From positions 32,001-96,000 of the forward strand of contig JAVRCV020000083.1 of NCBI GenBank assembly GCA_034530615.2: a stretch of DNA of 64,000 nt. Direction: 5' to 3'. This document shows positions 29,010 through 39,844 of this stretch, one piece after another. Origin of the DNA: Aulosira sp. ZfuVER01. Lineage in GTDB: Bacteria; Cyanobacteriota; Cyanobacteriia; Cyanobacteriales; Nostocaceae. The notes beneath the pieces are model-generated. The model was not told the DNA's origin and searched no databases. It was given only the letters and a program-made list of their open reading frames with translations. A program made the translations under genes and the position numbers. The number at the start of each line of letters is the position of its first letter. The stretch's first letter is position 1.

Positions 29010-31880
29010 TTGTACAACGCCTTACAAAAACTATTAAGTTTAAGCACTGTACTTTTAATTTTTATTTTCCCTTTTGGACTAGTAGTTTATCAATTAATTG
29101 CGGAAATTGACAGTAAAATTGACTTTGCTAAAAAAGAAAAATTAGGATTAAGTTATAACTATCCTCTAAAAAATTTATTGGTAAATATCATTCAGCACCG
29201 CACACAAGTTAATCAGTATCTAAATGGCGATCGGTCTTTAGCCCAGGCGATTGCTACTGAAACAGACAATATCGAAACTGCTATCCAAAACTTAAATACA
29301 GTAGAACAGCAGTTATCACCTCAACTTCCAACCAGCCCACAATGGATAACAATCAAAACTTCTATTAATAACAAGTGGCAGCAATTAAAAGAGCATAAAT
29401 TAAATTTATCTCCTACCCAAAGCTGGCAAGAACACACAGATATTATTAATGATATCTTAGCTTTAATTGCCCACGTTGGAGATGTTTCTAATCTGATTCT
29501 CGATCCAGCTTTGGATAGCTATTATTTGATGGATACAGTTGTTAATCAGCTGCCAACTACTATAGAAAATACTGCTCAAGCTAAAGATATAGGTACAGAA
29601 GTCGCTCTGAAAAAAAAGATTACAGAGAGTGAAAGAGCGAAACTTTTAATTTTTCAGAGTTTAATTGCTCCACCTTTACAAGAAGTACAAAGAGGCTTAA
29701 AACTTTCTGCTAGTAGTAATCGGCAAATTCAGCCCCAGTTATCAACTAGCATTAACGAAAATTTTGGCAATATTAAAAAATTTATTGATTTATTAAACAA
29801 AGAAATTATTAATAGTAAGAGCATTAATTTACAACCCCAAGTATATAAATTTGTAGCCCAAAATGCTTTAGAATCGCAACTCAAACTTTATGATACAGCT
29901 TTTCCACTTTTAGATATTTTATTGCAGCAGAGAATTACCCAGCTAGTTATTAGAAAATATCAAATAATCGGATTTGGACTGCTAGTTTTAGTAGTAATTA
30001 TTTATGTTTCGATTACATTAGAAAATAACCGCAAAAAAGAACAGAAATTTGCTAAAGAATTGCAGGTTGCTGAAGAGAAATTTCGCAGCATTTTTGAAAA
30101 TGCAATTAACGGTATTTTCCAAATTACACCAACAGATCAATATCTCAGTGCTAATCCAGCTTTGGCAGAAATTTATGGTTACAATTCTCCTGGTGAATTA
30201 ATTGCAAATTTGCACAATATTAAGCAACTTTATGTAAATCCTAGCCGCCGAGAAGAATTTGTCAAAATTATAAGCGATCGCGGCAGCGTCACCGATTTTG
30301 AATCTCAAGTTTATCGCCAGGACGGTAGTATTATCTGGATTTCAGAAAATGCCCGCGCTATTTCCAATGAAAATGGCAATATTCTTTACTACGAAGGCAC
30401 AGTATCCGATATTACTGAATACAAACGTGCCGAACAAGAAATTTATGCTGCCAAAGAAGCCGCAGAAAATGCAAACCGTGCTAAAAGCGAGTTTCTGGCT
30501 AACATGAGTCACGAACTGCGAACTCCTCTTAACGGTATCTTAGGCTATGCTCAAATCCTTAAGCGTTCCCCAGAATTAGGAGAACACCAACAAAATAGCA
30601 TCAATATTATCTACCAGTGCGGTTCCCACCTCCTAACATTAATTAACGATATTCTTGACATATCTAAAATAGAAGCGCAGAAAATGGAACTATACCCTAT
30701 AGATTTTCATTTACCTGCTTTTCTGCACGCAGTTGCAGAAATTTGCCGCATTCGTGCCGAACAAAAAAGTCTTAAATTTAGCTACCAACCAGATCCAGAT
30801 TTACCCCTTGGCATTAATACTGACGAAAAACGCCTACGACAAGTATTAATTAATCTCCTGGGCAATGCCATTAAATTTACAAAAATCGGAGAAGTAAACT
30901 TTAGCGTTACTTTAATTGAAAAAACAGTTAATCTTGACCATCAAATTATCTATAAAATTCGTTTCACCGTTAAAGATACAGGAGTTGGTATTCAGCCAGA
31001 AGAAATAGCCAGAATATTTTTACCTTTTGAACAGGTTGGTTCTCGTAAAAATCAAGCAGAAGGAACTGGCTTAGGATTAGCAATTAGTCAAAAAATTATT
31101 CAATTAATGGGCAGTACAATTCAAGTCACTAGTCAATTACAAATGGGCAGTGTTTTTTGGTTTGATTTAGATTTACTAGAAGCTATTGACTGGGTAAATA
31201 CAACTTCTACAAATGACAAAGGTAAAGTCATTGGATTTGAAGGAAATGTCAAAAAAATTCTCGTGATTGATGACCGTTGGGAAAATCGCTCAGTTATTGC
31301 AAATTTATTGACTCCTCTAGGATTTGAAGTAATAGAAGCAATTAACGGTAAGACTGGATTAGAAATAGCAATTCAGACCAAACCAGATTTAGTAATTACA
31401 GATTTAGTTATGCCCGAAATTGATGGATTTCAACTTATGCAATACTGGCATAAAAACCCACAATTAAAAGATATAAAAATTATTGCTTCTTCCGCCAGTG
31501 TATTTGAAACAGACCAAAGTCAAAGTTTACAAGCTGGAGCAGTAGATTTTTTAGCAAAACCCGTCCAAGCGGAAGAACTGTTAGAAAAGTTAGCATTGCA
31601 TCTACAAATTGAGTGGATTTATCAACCTGAATCATTTACAGCGTTAGACATCAAACTTGCTCCTGAAGAAATTGTCCCTCCCCCAGATGAAATATTAGAA
31701 CAACTGTTGGATCTAGCATTACGAGGTAATTTAAAAGAAATTATCAAACAAGCAGAAGAATTGGAAAAAAATGCCCAAAAATATTTGCCATTTGCCTTAA
31801 AATTAAAGCAGTTAGCTAAGGAATTTCAAGAGAAGAAAATCTTAGAAATGCTTAATAAATACAAGCAAATAAGTTTATGA
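29010..31880 (+). CDS. Hybrid sensor histidine kinase (periplasmic helical sensor, PAS, HisKA, HATPase, REC); start uncertain
   Basis: SNLILDPALDSYYLMD sensor motif, a PAS domain, SHELRTPLN and REC. Only a TTG start is in frame. Confidence 0.9.
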   Translation: MYNALQKLLSLSTVLLIFIFPFGLVVYQLIAEIDSKIDFAKKEKLGLSYNYPLKNLLVNIIQHRTQVNQYLNGDRSLAQAIATETDNIETAIQNLNTVEQQLSPQLPTSPQWITIKTSINNKWQQLKEHKLNLSPTQSWQEHTDIINDILALIAHVGDVSNLILDPALDSYYLMDTVVNQLPTTIENTAQAKDIGTEVALKKKITESERAKLLIFQSLIAPPLQEVQRGLKLSASSNRQIQPQLSTSINENFGNIKKFIDLLNKEIINSKSINLQPQVYKFVAQNALESQLKLYDTAFPLLDILLQQRITQLVIRKYQIIGFGLLVLVVIIYVSITLENNRKKEQKFAKELQVAEEKFRSIFENAINGIFQITPTDQYLSANPALAEIYGYNSPGELIANLHNIKQLYVNPSRREEFVKIISDRGSVTDFESQVYRQDGSIIWISENARAISNENGNILYYEGTVSDITEYKRAEQEIYAAKEAAENANRAKSEFLANMSHELRTPLNGILGYAQILKRSPELGEHQQNSINIIYQCGSHLLTLINDILDISKIEAQKMELYPIDFHLPAFLHAVAEICRIRAEQKSLKFSYQPDPDLPLGINTDEKRLRQVLINLLGNAIKFTKIGEVNFSVTLIEKTVNLDHQIIYKIRFTVKDTGVGIQPEEIARIFLPFEQVGSRKNQAEGTGLGLAISQKIIQLMGSTIQVTSQLQMGSVFWFDLDLLEAIDWVNTTSTNDKGKVIGFEGNVKKILVIDDRWENRSVIANLLTPLGFEVIEAINGKTGLEIAIQTKPDLVITDLVMPEIDGFQLMQYWHKNPQLKDIKIIASSASVFETDQSQSLQAGAVDFLAKPVQAEELLEKLALHLQIEWIYQPESFTALDIKLAPEEIVPPPDEILEQLLDLALRGNLKEIIKQAEELEKNAQKYLPFALKLKQLAKEFQEKKILEMLNKYKQISL

Positions 31881-33709
31881 CAAATTTAATTACTTACTCA
31901 AATACGATTTTAGTCGTGGATGATATCCCTGCTAATTTAGCAATATTAGCAAGTTTTCTCAGTGAAGCTAATTTTGAAGTTTTGGTAGCTCAAGATGGAG
32001 AAAATGCTATCCAGAAAATAAATTATGTTACTCCTGACTTAATTTTATTAGATATCATGATGCCGGGAATGGATGGATTTGAAACTTATGAAAAATTAAA
32101 AGAAAATTTTTTATTTAGGCAAATACCAGTAATTTTTATTACTGCACTTTCAGAAACTAATTATATTGTTAAAGGCCTATCATTAGGAGCGGTTGATTAT
32201 ATTACTAAACCTTTTCAAAAAGAAGAAGTTATAGCACGAATTAAAACTCATTTAAAACTGCGACATTTAACTAAAATTCTCGAACATAAAAATCAGCTTT
32301 TAGCGCAGGAAATTACCGAACACTCAGAAGCTCGTGCTACCTTAATAAAGCTAAATCAAGAATTAGAAATCAGAGTCAAAGAACGAACAGTAGAACTTTC
32401 TCAAACGCTGCAAGATTTGTATAAAAGTCAAGCTCAATTGGAGCATAATGCCTTTCATGACTCCTTAACAGGTTTGCCAAATCGAGACTGGTTGATTAAA
32501 AAATTGCAGGAATTAATTACTGCGAATTTAAGTTATTCTGTTTTGTTGATGGATTTAGACCGCTTTAAAATTGTCAATGATAGTTTAGGACATTTAGCAG
32601 GAGATGAATTATTAAAGTGTGTAACAAATCGTATCAAACAATGTTTAACATCTTCTCAAACAGCAACACGCATGGGAGGGGATGAATTTGTAATTTTAGT
32701 AGAAACAGAAACAGCAATTTTAGTTGCTAAAAAACTATTAGAAGAGTTTAAATTGCCCTTTAATTTTAAGGGGTACGAATTGTCTATAGAAGCGAGTATT
32801 GGCATAACTTATAGCGAAATGGGTTATCGAGAACCGATGGATATTATTAGAGATGTCGATATTGCCATGTATCAAGCAAAAAAACAAGGAGGTAGCATTT
32901 ATCAGATTTTCAATCCGCAGATGCAAGCAGAGGTGAACGCACGTCTGCAACTAGAACAAGACTTGCGAAAAGCGATCTTAAAAAAAGAATTTTGCTTGTA
33001 TTATCAACCCATTATTTCTCTCATCACTGGAGAAATTAAAGGGTTTGAAGCCTTAGTACGCTGGAATCATCCCCAAGGAATGATTTCCCCCGATCGATTT
33101 ATCCCTATTGCTGAAGAAACAGGATTAATTAATCCTTTAGGTTGGTGGATTTTACGCGAAGCTTGTAGCCAGTTACGAAATTGGCAAGAGCAATTTTCTG
33201 AGCTTCATTTAAAAATGAACGTTAACTTTTCTCCCGTTCAATTCCAGCAAGTGAACTTATTTGAAAAGATTGTAGAAATTTTACAAGAAACTGGTATCGC
33301 TAAAAATACTTTAGATATAGAAATCATTGAAACTTGTCTATTAAAAACCGAAACCTTCAATTTTCAACTTCTTGAACAAATCGGTATTGGTTTATGTATG
33401 GATGACTTTGGCACTGGTTATTCTTCTTTAAGTATGCTGCGAAAATTCACAATTAATACCTTAAAAATTGACCGTTCTTTTGTAAGAGATATAACAACAA
33501 ATAGTAACGATACATCTTTAATTGCCACAATTATGTTATTAAGCAAAAGTTTAAATATAGAAGTAGTTGCAGAAGGTATTGAAACTCAAGAACAGCTAGA
33601 AATTCTTCGAGAACATGGTTGTATTTGGGGACAAGGATATTTCTTTGCCCGACCTTTAGATAGTCAAAAAGCTACACAATTTTTAATGCAAAAATTAGGA
33701 GGAAATTAA
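31877..33709 (+). CDS. Response regulator with GGDEF and EAL domains
   Basis: REC (VVDD, LLDIMMP, KP), DLDRFK..ND..GH, RMGGDEF, FEALVRW and DDFGTGYSS motifs. ATGA-type overlap with the upstream kinase. Confidence 0.93.
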   Translation: MTNLITYSNTILVVDDIPANLAILASFLSEANFEVLVAQDGENAIQKINYVTPDLILLDIMMPGMDGFETYEKLKENFLFRQIPVIFITALSETNYIVKGLSLGAVDYITKPFQKEEVIARIKTHLKLRHLTKILEHKNQLLAQEITEHSEARATLIKLNQELEIRVKERTVELSQTLQDLYKSQAQLEHNAFHDSLTGLPNRDWLIKKLQELITANLSYSVLLMDLDRFKIVNDSLGHLAGDELLKCVTNRIKQCLTSSQTATRMGGDEFVILVETETAILVAKKLLEEFKLPFNFKGYELSIEASIGITYSEMGYREPMDIIRDVDIAMYQAKKQGGSIYQIFNPQMQAEVNARLQLEQDLRKAILKKEFCLYYQPIISLITGEIKGFEALVRWNHPQGMISPDRFIPIAEETGLINPLGWWILREACSQLRNWQEQFSELHLKMNVNFSPVQFQQVNLFEKIVEILQETGIAKNTLDIEIIETCLLKTETFNFQLLEQIGIGLCMDDFGTGYSSLSMLRKFTINTLKIDRSFVRDITTNSNDTSLIATIMLLSKSLNIEVVAEGIETQEQLEILREHGCIWGQGYFFARPLDSQKATQFLMQKLGGN

Positions 33710-33715
33710 ACATTC

Positions 33716-35104
33716 ATGAAAAACTTATCATCATTTAGCAAAAATACCATCTTAATAGTAGATGACAACCCTACAAATTTAGGTGTAATATTTAATGTTT
33801 TAGATGAATCTGGATTAGAAGTTTTAGTAGCTCAAGATGGTGAAAGTGCGCTGCAAAAAATAGAATATGTTGTCCCAGATTTAATTTTATTAGATATTAT
33901 GATGCCAGGAATAGACGGATTTGAAACTTGTTCTCGGATCAAAAATAATCCGTCAACTTCAGAAACTCCTATCATTTTTATGACGGCTCTTGGTAACACC
34001 GAGCAAAAAGTCAAAGGTTTGAGTCTTGGCGCTGTAGATTATATTACTAAGCCCTTTCAAAAAGAAGAAGTATTAGCTCGAATTAAAGTTCATTTAGATT
34101 TGAGAAATTTAACCAAAGATTTGGCTAATAAAAATCAATTACTCCAAGAAAAAATTGCAGAAAAAACTGTTTTAGAAAACACCTTGCAGCAATTAAATCA
34201 AGAATTAGAAAACCGAGTTGAAGAACGAACATCTGAACTAAAACAGGCTCTACAAAACCTACAGCAAATTCAACTTCAGTTAATTCAAAGCGAAAAAATG
34301 TCCTCTCTTGGTCAACTGGTAGCTGGAGTTGCTCATGAAATTAATAATCCAGTAAGTTTTATTCATGGAAATTTGAATCATGCTGAAACTTATATTCAAG
34401 ATTTATTAGATATTTTTCAACTTTATCAGCAAAAATTACCCTCTCCAGATGCAGAGATTACAACTCGTGCGGAGGAAATAGATTTAGAATATTTAATAGA
34501 AGACTTACCACAGATAATTTCATCTATGAAGGTGGGGGTAGAAAAAATTCGCCAAATTAGCATATCTTTAAGGACTTTCTCTCGCGCTGATAGTACATCA
34601 AAATTGGATGCTAACCTGCATGAAGGAATTGATAGTGCATTACTAATTATGCAACATAAATTAAAAGGTAATGATAAATGTCCAAAAATAGAAGTAGTGA
34701 AAGAATATGGAAATTTACCTTTGGTGCTGTGCTATCCTGGACAGATGAATCAGGTATTTATTAATATTATTGCCAATGCCATTCATGCCTTAGAAGATGC
34801 TTCCCAAAAACGCACATCAGAAGAGATGAAAGCGAATCCAAATCAAATTATTATTCACACTGAAATTAATCACAGCCGAAATAGTGCCATCATTCGGATA
34901 AAAGATAATGCCTTGGGAATGCCGGAAGAGGTGCGCAGTAAAGTATTTGATTATCTATTTACAACCAAATCTGCGGAAAAAGGTACTGGACTAGGTTTAT
35001 CCATTAGCCGTCAAATTGTTGTCGAAAAACATAATGGTCAGCTAAGTTGCTTTTCAGAAGAGGGTGTTGGGACAGAGTTTATTGTTGAAATTCCTGTAGG
35101 GTAG
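33716..35104 (+). CDS. REC-histidine kinase hybrid (NtrB-like kinase core)
   Basis: N-terminal REC domain, then AGVAHEINNP, QVFINIIANA and GTGLGL. Confidence 0.92.
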   Translation: MKNLSSFSKNTILIVDDNPTNLGVIFNVLDESGLEVLVAQDGESALQKIEYVVPDLILLDIMMPGIDGFETCSRIKNNPSTSETPIIFMTALGNTEQKVKGLSLGAVDYITKPFQKEEVLARIKVHLDLRNLTKDLANKNQLLQEKIAEKTVLENTLQQLNQELENRVEERTSELKQALQNLQQIQLQLIQSEKMSSLGQLVAGVAHEINNPVSFIHGNLNHAETYIQDLLDIFQLYQQKLPSPDAEITTRAEEIDLEYLIEDLPQIISSMKVGVEKIRQISISLRTFSRADSTSKLDANLHEGIDSALLIMQHKLKGNDKCPKIEVVKEYGNLPLVLCYPGQMNQVFINIIANAIHALEDASQKRTSEEMKANPNQIIIHTEINHSRNSAIIRIKDNALGMPEEVRSKVFDYLFTTKSAEKGTGLGLSISRQIVVEKHNGQLSCFSEEGVGTEFIVEIPVG

Positions 35105-35280
35105 CCGTATCCAGTATCCGTATCCCCGATTGTACCGCAATAATTCATCTAACGCGGGTATAGAACCGAGTGGTGCGATTCGGAGTGAGTAAATCACGGT
35201 AGCCAGTCCATCAATAAGCTCATACTGCCATCAGAGTTGAACACTCGATCGAATAAATAGAATCAGCCTTTGGGGCACAG

Positions 35281-35449
35281 CTACAATAATTGTGGTTCTA
35301 ATCTAAATTCAGCCAATATGCGATCGCGCAAGTTAGTATAGTTGCACCGTGCCAAAATTAGCTTAAACTGCCCAATGGAAGCTTCTATCGCCCTGTAAAG
35401 TGCGATCGTTGTTAATCTGCATATCTTCACTTTGGGATGATTCGGTCAT
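35281..35449 (-). pseudogene. 5' remnant of a cyanobacterial NTPase/TPR-WD40-type gene (frameshifted and truncated)
   Basis: Minus strand reads MTESSQSEDMQINNDRTLQ, then in a shifted frame RAIEASIGQFKLILARCNYTNLRDRILAEF. This resembles the N-termini of such proteins as I recall them. Confidence 0.5.
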
Positions 35450-35502
35450 AAGCTAATTGACATCTAGTTTTATGAGCAGGTTTTGACGTTGAGCGATTTT
35501 CT

Positions 35503-35516
35503 AGTACTACAGTACT
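35503..35516. promoter_or_regulatory. Candidate cyanobacterial LexA box
   Basis: AGTAC-TAC-A-GTAC-T fits RGTACNNNDGTWCB. Confidence 0.35.
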
Positions 35517-35855
35517 GAGTACAAGTTTTTCTAGAATATAAATTAATCATTAAAAATATTTTTCGTAAACTTCTGTTAATGATTACAATTTATACCCAAA
35601 GATATATTGTCGGGGAAAATTTTATTTATTTTAATAAAATCAAGGTCTTTATGTTTGCTATTCTAAGCTTGAGCTATTTAATTCCTCTCTTATTAGAAAA
35701 ACCTTTATATCTATACATTTGGGTTAATCAATAGTATTTTTACAAGTCAAATAAGACTTATGCAGACCATCTACTGCAATTACAAGTAAGTTATAAATAG
35801 TAAGAGTGTTATCTTTAATGCAAGGTCATTTACTCAATTTTTGAGGAAAAAAACT

Positions 35856-36938
35856 ATGACTGCAACGCTCTTAGCAGGTAGTTCTATCGAGTCTTTCTTA
35901 GGTAATGAAGCAGAAGAACTGCTGACCTACAAAGCAAAAGTTTCTCAAGATTTATTACATTTACCAGGGCCAGACTTTATAGATCGAGTTTGGATAAACA
36001 GCGATCGCAATCCTCAAGTATTGCGTAATCTCCAACAACTTTATTCTACTGGTCGTTTAGCAGATACTGGCTATCTCTCCATTCTCCCGGTAGACCAAGG
36101 TATTGAGCATTCAGCAGCCGCATCTTTTGCGCCTAATCCGATATATTTTGATCCAGAAAATATTGTGAAATTAGCAATAGCTGGAGGTTGCAATGCTGTT
36201 GCTACAACTTTGGGAGTATTAGGGAGTGTTGCGCGGAAATATGCCCATAAAATTCCCTTTATAGTCAAATTAAATCATAACGAACTGTTGACTTTCCCCA
36301 ATCAATTTGACCAAATATTGTTTGCTGATGTCGAACAAGCTTGGAATTTGGGTGCAGCAGCAGTAGGCGCAACGATTTATTTTGGTTCGGAACAGTCTAC
36401 CAGACAAATTCAGGAAATTAGCCAAGCTTTTAAATATGCCCATGAACTTGGTTTAGTAACTATTCTTTGGTGTTATCTACGGAACAACGCCTTTAAACAA
36501 GATAAAGACTATCATGTTGCTGCTGACCTCACCGGACAAGCAAATCATTTGGGCGTAACAATTGAAGCCGACATTATTAAACAGAAGTTACCAGAAAATA
36601 ATAATGGTTACGGCGCTGTAGCTAAAGCAACTGGTAAATCTTATGGTAAAACCCATGAGCTAGTTTACACAGAGTTGACAACAGACCATCCAATTGATTT
36701 AACTCGTTACCAAGTACTTAATTGCTACTGTGGACGTGCAGGATTAATTAACTCTGGTGGCGCTTCTGGTAAAAATGATTTTGCAGAAGCAGTTCGCACA
36801 GCTGTGATTAACAAACGTGCCGGTGGTACAGGATTAATTTCTGGGCGCAAGGCTTTCCAACGTCCATTTGAGGAAGGTGTGAAACTTTTCCACGCCATTC
36901 AAGATGTTTATCTATCAAAAGATGTGACACTAGCCTAA
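35856..36938 (+). CDS. fbaB: Class I fructose-bisphosphate aldolase
   Basis: [29 protein letters not shown] and [10 protein letters not shown] motifs. GAGG upstream of ATG 35856. Confidence 0.93.
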   Translation: MTATLLAGSSIESFLGNEAEELLTYKAKVSQDLLHLPGPDFIDRVWINSDRNPQVLRNLQQLYSTGRLADTGYLSILPVDQGIEHSAAASFAPNPIYFDPENIVKLAIAGGCNAVATTLGVLGSVARKYAHKIPFIVKLNHNELLTFPNQFDQILFADVEQAWNLGAAAVGATIYFGSEQSTRQIQEISQAFKYAHELGLVTILWCYLRNNAFKQDKDYHVAADLTGQANHLGVTIEADIIKQKLPENNNGYGAVAKATGKSYGKTHELVYTELTTDHPIDLTRYQVLNCYCGRAGLINSGGASGKNDFAEAVRTAVINKRAGGTGLISGRKAFQRPFEEGVKLFHAIQDVYLSKDVTLA

Positions 36939-36967
36939 TGCTGTAAAAATAGAAAAATTAAAGAACT

Positions 36968-36991
36968 AGGTGGGCTATTTGTCCACCTTTA
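36968..36991 (+). terminator. Putative intrinsic terminator after fbaB
   Basis: aggtgggc-tattt-gtccacct followed by a T-run. Confidence 0.55.
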
Positions 36992-37072
36992 TTTTATTCT
37001 CTATTTCTCTTAACTCTGTGTTCTCTGCGCCTCTGCGGTTCGTATCAAAAACGTAATTTATACATATCTCAA

Positions 37073-38683
37073 CTAACCACCGTAAATCCTCTTTTCATAA
37101 CCTATCCATTCTTTCTCCCGTAACAAATACTTTTGAATTTTACCTGTGCTAGTTTTGGGCAGAGTAGTAAATTCAATCGTAGTAGGACATTTAAAAGCAG
37201 CAATTTGATGGCGACAAAAATGGATTAATTCTTGTTCTGTAACTTGCATTCCCTCTTTGAGAGTAACAAAGGCCTTGGCCACTTCTCCCCGCTTGGGATG
37301 CGGTACGGCAATAACTGCACACTCTAACACGGCTTCATGGCGGTAAAGACATTGTTCTACTTCAATACTAGAGACATTTTCCCCGCTAGTAATGATGATA
37401 TCTTTCATGCGATCGCGCACCTCAATATAACCATCCGGGTGCATCACCGCTAAATCACCGCTATGAAACCATCCGCCTCTAAATACCCTTTCAGTAACTT
37501 CCAGGTCATTATAATAACCTGTCATCACCATATTTCCTTGCATTACCACTTCCCCCATCGTTTGTCCATCAGCCGGGACATCATTCATCTCTCGATCTAC
37601 CACTCGCAAACCATCTGCACTTATATAAGGTACGCCTTGACGTGCCATAAGTTTTGCTTTTTCTTCAATCAGTAAATTGTCCCAATCTGATTGATATTCG
37701 CAAACTGTATAAGGGCCATAAACTTCCGTCAAACCATAAACATGAATAATTTTTGCACCAATTTCGGTAATTTTGGCAATCAATGTTGGCGAAGGTGGTG
37801 CGCCTGCTGTAGTGATAGTTAAAGATTTTTCTAAAAATTGGGGACAGTCTCGATTATTAACAAGAGAAATTAAAATTACAGGTGCAGCATTTAAGTGAGT
37901 TACTCCCTCTTGTTGAATTAAGTGCCAAACATTAGCAGGGTTAAACTTACGCAAACAAATATGAGTTCCAGCAATAGCAGTTACTGCCCAAGTAAAACAC
38001 CAACCATTGCAGTGAAACATGGGCAAAGTCCAGAGATAAATTGAATCAGGCGTTAATGTTGTTTCAATTATTTCTCCTAAAGAGTTAATATATGCGCCTC
38101 GGTGAGAATACATTACACCTTTGGGTTTACCAGAAGTTCCACTAGTGTAATTAATGGAAATTGTCTCCATTTCATCTGTAATTACCCAAGGTAAAGGGGT
38201 CGGATTACCAGTTTTGAGAAATACTTCATAATCCTCTCCAGCTAAAGGTTCAAATTCTTCTAAATCGCTGATATTTATGATATGTTTGACAGTTTCTAGA
38301 CTATTTTGAATAGGTCGAATTATATTTGCTAACTCTGTATCAACAAAGAGAAATTTTGCACCGCAATCATTCAAAATGTAAGCAACTTCTTGGGGTGCTA
38401 ACCGAGTATTAATAGATACTAGGATACCCCCAGCTAAAGGCACAGCAAAATGGGCTTCTAACATAGGGGGAGTGTTGAAACAAAAAAAAGCGACGCGATC
38501 GCCTTTTTCAAGTCCAGCATGACGTAGCGCTGAGGCTAGACAATTTATCCGATCTGCAAATTCGCCGTAAGTGAAGCGTTTTTGATTATATATAATAGCG
38601 GGTTTATGACTATAGACTTTAGCATTGCGCTGAATAAATGTTAAAGGTGTGAGAATGCTGCGGCAAACTGCTTCAGGGTTCAT
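37073..38683 (-). CDS. Acyl-CoA synthetase (AMP-forming)
   Basis: YTSGTSGKPKG, YGLTE, FHSGDL, DRMKD and PKTSTGKIQK motifs. Start is ATG 38683 or 38719. Confidence 0.92.
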   Translation of the reverse strand: MNPEAVCRSILTPLTFIQRNAKVYSHKPAIIYNQKRFTYGEFADRINCLASALRHAGLEKGDRVAFFCFNTPPMLEAHFAVPLAGGILVSINTRLAPQEVAYILNDCGAKFLFVDTELANIIRPIQNSLETVKHIINISDLEEFEPLAGEDYEVFLKTGNPTPLPWVITDEMETISINYTSGTSGKPKGVMYSHRGAYINSLGEIIETTLTPDSIYLWTLPMFHCNGWCFTWAVTAIAGTHICLRKFNPANVWHLIQQEGVTHLNAAPVILISLVNNRDCPQFLEKSLTITTAGAPPSPTLIAKITEIGAKIIHVYGLTEVYGPYTVCEYQSDWDNLLIEEKAKLMARQGVPYISADGLRVVDREMNDVPADGQTMGEVVMQGNMVMTGYYNDLEVTERVFRGGWFHSGDLAVMHPDGYIEVRDRMKDIIITSGENVSSIEVEQCLYRHEAVLECAVIAVPHPKRGEVAKAFVTLKEGMQVTEQELIHFCRHQIAAFKCPTTIEFTTLPKTSTGKIQKYLLREKEWIGYEKRIYGG

Positions 38684-38735
38684 GGCTAATGCTAATAGTG
38701 AACATTCACAAAGGAGCATACCATAATAGGACTTA

Positions 38736-38829
38736 TACCAATTCAAAATTCAAAATTCAAAATTAAGAAAGTGAGACTCAGCATAGGTTTTAGAGTTTGA
38801 ATCTGTATCAGATTTTTCGTAAATTGGTA
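38736..38829. mobile_element. TACCAATT-family MITE with TTA duplication
   Basis: tta-taccaattcaaaattcaaaatt ... aaattggta-tta. Confidence 0.75.
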
Positions 38830-38904
38830 TTACGCAACTGGTACACTAAATAAGTCCAGAGTCTAGAATTTCTTGACCATTGACCCTGGACTTTTGACTA
38901 TTAA

Positions 38905-39573
38905 CTATCTAACGTTTCTCACCAAAAAATTTGGTTGTCCACAACTCTTTTGAGAACTCTTCAATATTTCTGCGCTACAAGTACCTGGTTTACCATCTTT
39001 AGAGTAGCAAAAGAAAACTTCTTGCAAAAACCTTCCTGACCCAGAACAGTAAGGCGCTATGCCATCAGCAACTAATTCACTATTAGAACTTACAAATGTA
39101 TTTTTTAGTCCTTTAATTGTAGTACGGAAGGGTTTGCTTGGACGATTATAAGCTGTGGGGATAGCAACAGATTCTTTTAACTGTTTAGAGACTGTTAGAT
39201 ATTCTTGTGGTGTTTTACCAGAACAAGTACCATGTTTTTCCCATTCATGGTCAAAAAGTTTGTCGCTGGGGTACAAACCTACAAACTGCTGCTTTAATTC
39301 TTTGGGTAATTTTTCAGTAGAACAGTTAGCCGGATAACCAGTTTGGTACTGAGGCCACAAACCATGTAATACAAAACCGAGTTTCTTACCTGACTTGCAC
39401 TGCTGGCGATCGCGATCGCCATTTGTTGCACAATAATCTGGAGACCACGATAAAGTCAGTACGTAAAAATCAAACTGGCCGGGAGTTCCACGATTTTGGG
39501 CACTAACGGCGTTAGGGATAGCAAAGCTGGTAATGGCTAAGGAAGATGCTACCAGGATTTTCTTGATCTGCAT
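38905..39573 (-). CDS. Ribonuclease T2 family, secreted
   Basis: Signal peptide and both catalytic motifs, FVLHGLWP and HEWEKHGTC. Confidence 0.95.
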   Translation of the reverse strand: MQIKKILVASSLAITSFAIPNAVSAQNRGTPGQFDFYVLTLSWSPDYCATNGDRDRQQCKSGKKLGFVLHGLWPQYQTGYPANCSTEKLPKELKQQFVGLYPSDKLFDHEWEKHGTCSGKTPQEYLTVSKQLKESVAIPTAYNRPSKPFRTTIKGLKNTFVSSNSELVADGIAPYCSGSGRFLQEVFFCYSKDGKPGTCSAEILKSSQKSCGQPNFLVRNVR

Positions 39574-39654
39574 ATTTACAGTCAGTCTTTGTGTAATTCA
39601 AGTTACGCCCTATACATTAACTCAGTTCAGTAAAAAATATAAAGTTACTGAGAA

Positions 39655-39790
39655 ATTGCGTAGCGTAGCCCGTCGCAGACATAAGGGACTGACGTTAGCG
39701 CAGCGTAAAGCCTTCGGCATAGCTTCGCTTAGAGCGACGTTCGCGTAGCGTCTCCCTTTGGGAGAAGGAGCGTCACCCGAAGGGCAGAAG
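39655..39790. repeat. Cluster of small dispersed GC-rich hairpin repeats
   Basis: 39733-39784 matches 52322-52373 at 49 of 52 positions. Confidence 0.8.
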
Positions 39791-39844
39791 TGGTAAAATT
39801 TTTATGATATTACCTTCTGCCTCCTGCCCTCTGCCTTTGTAATA

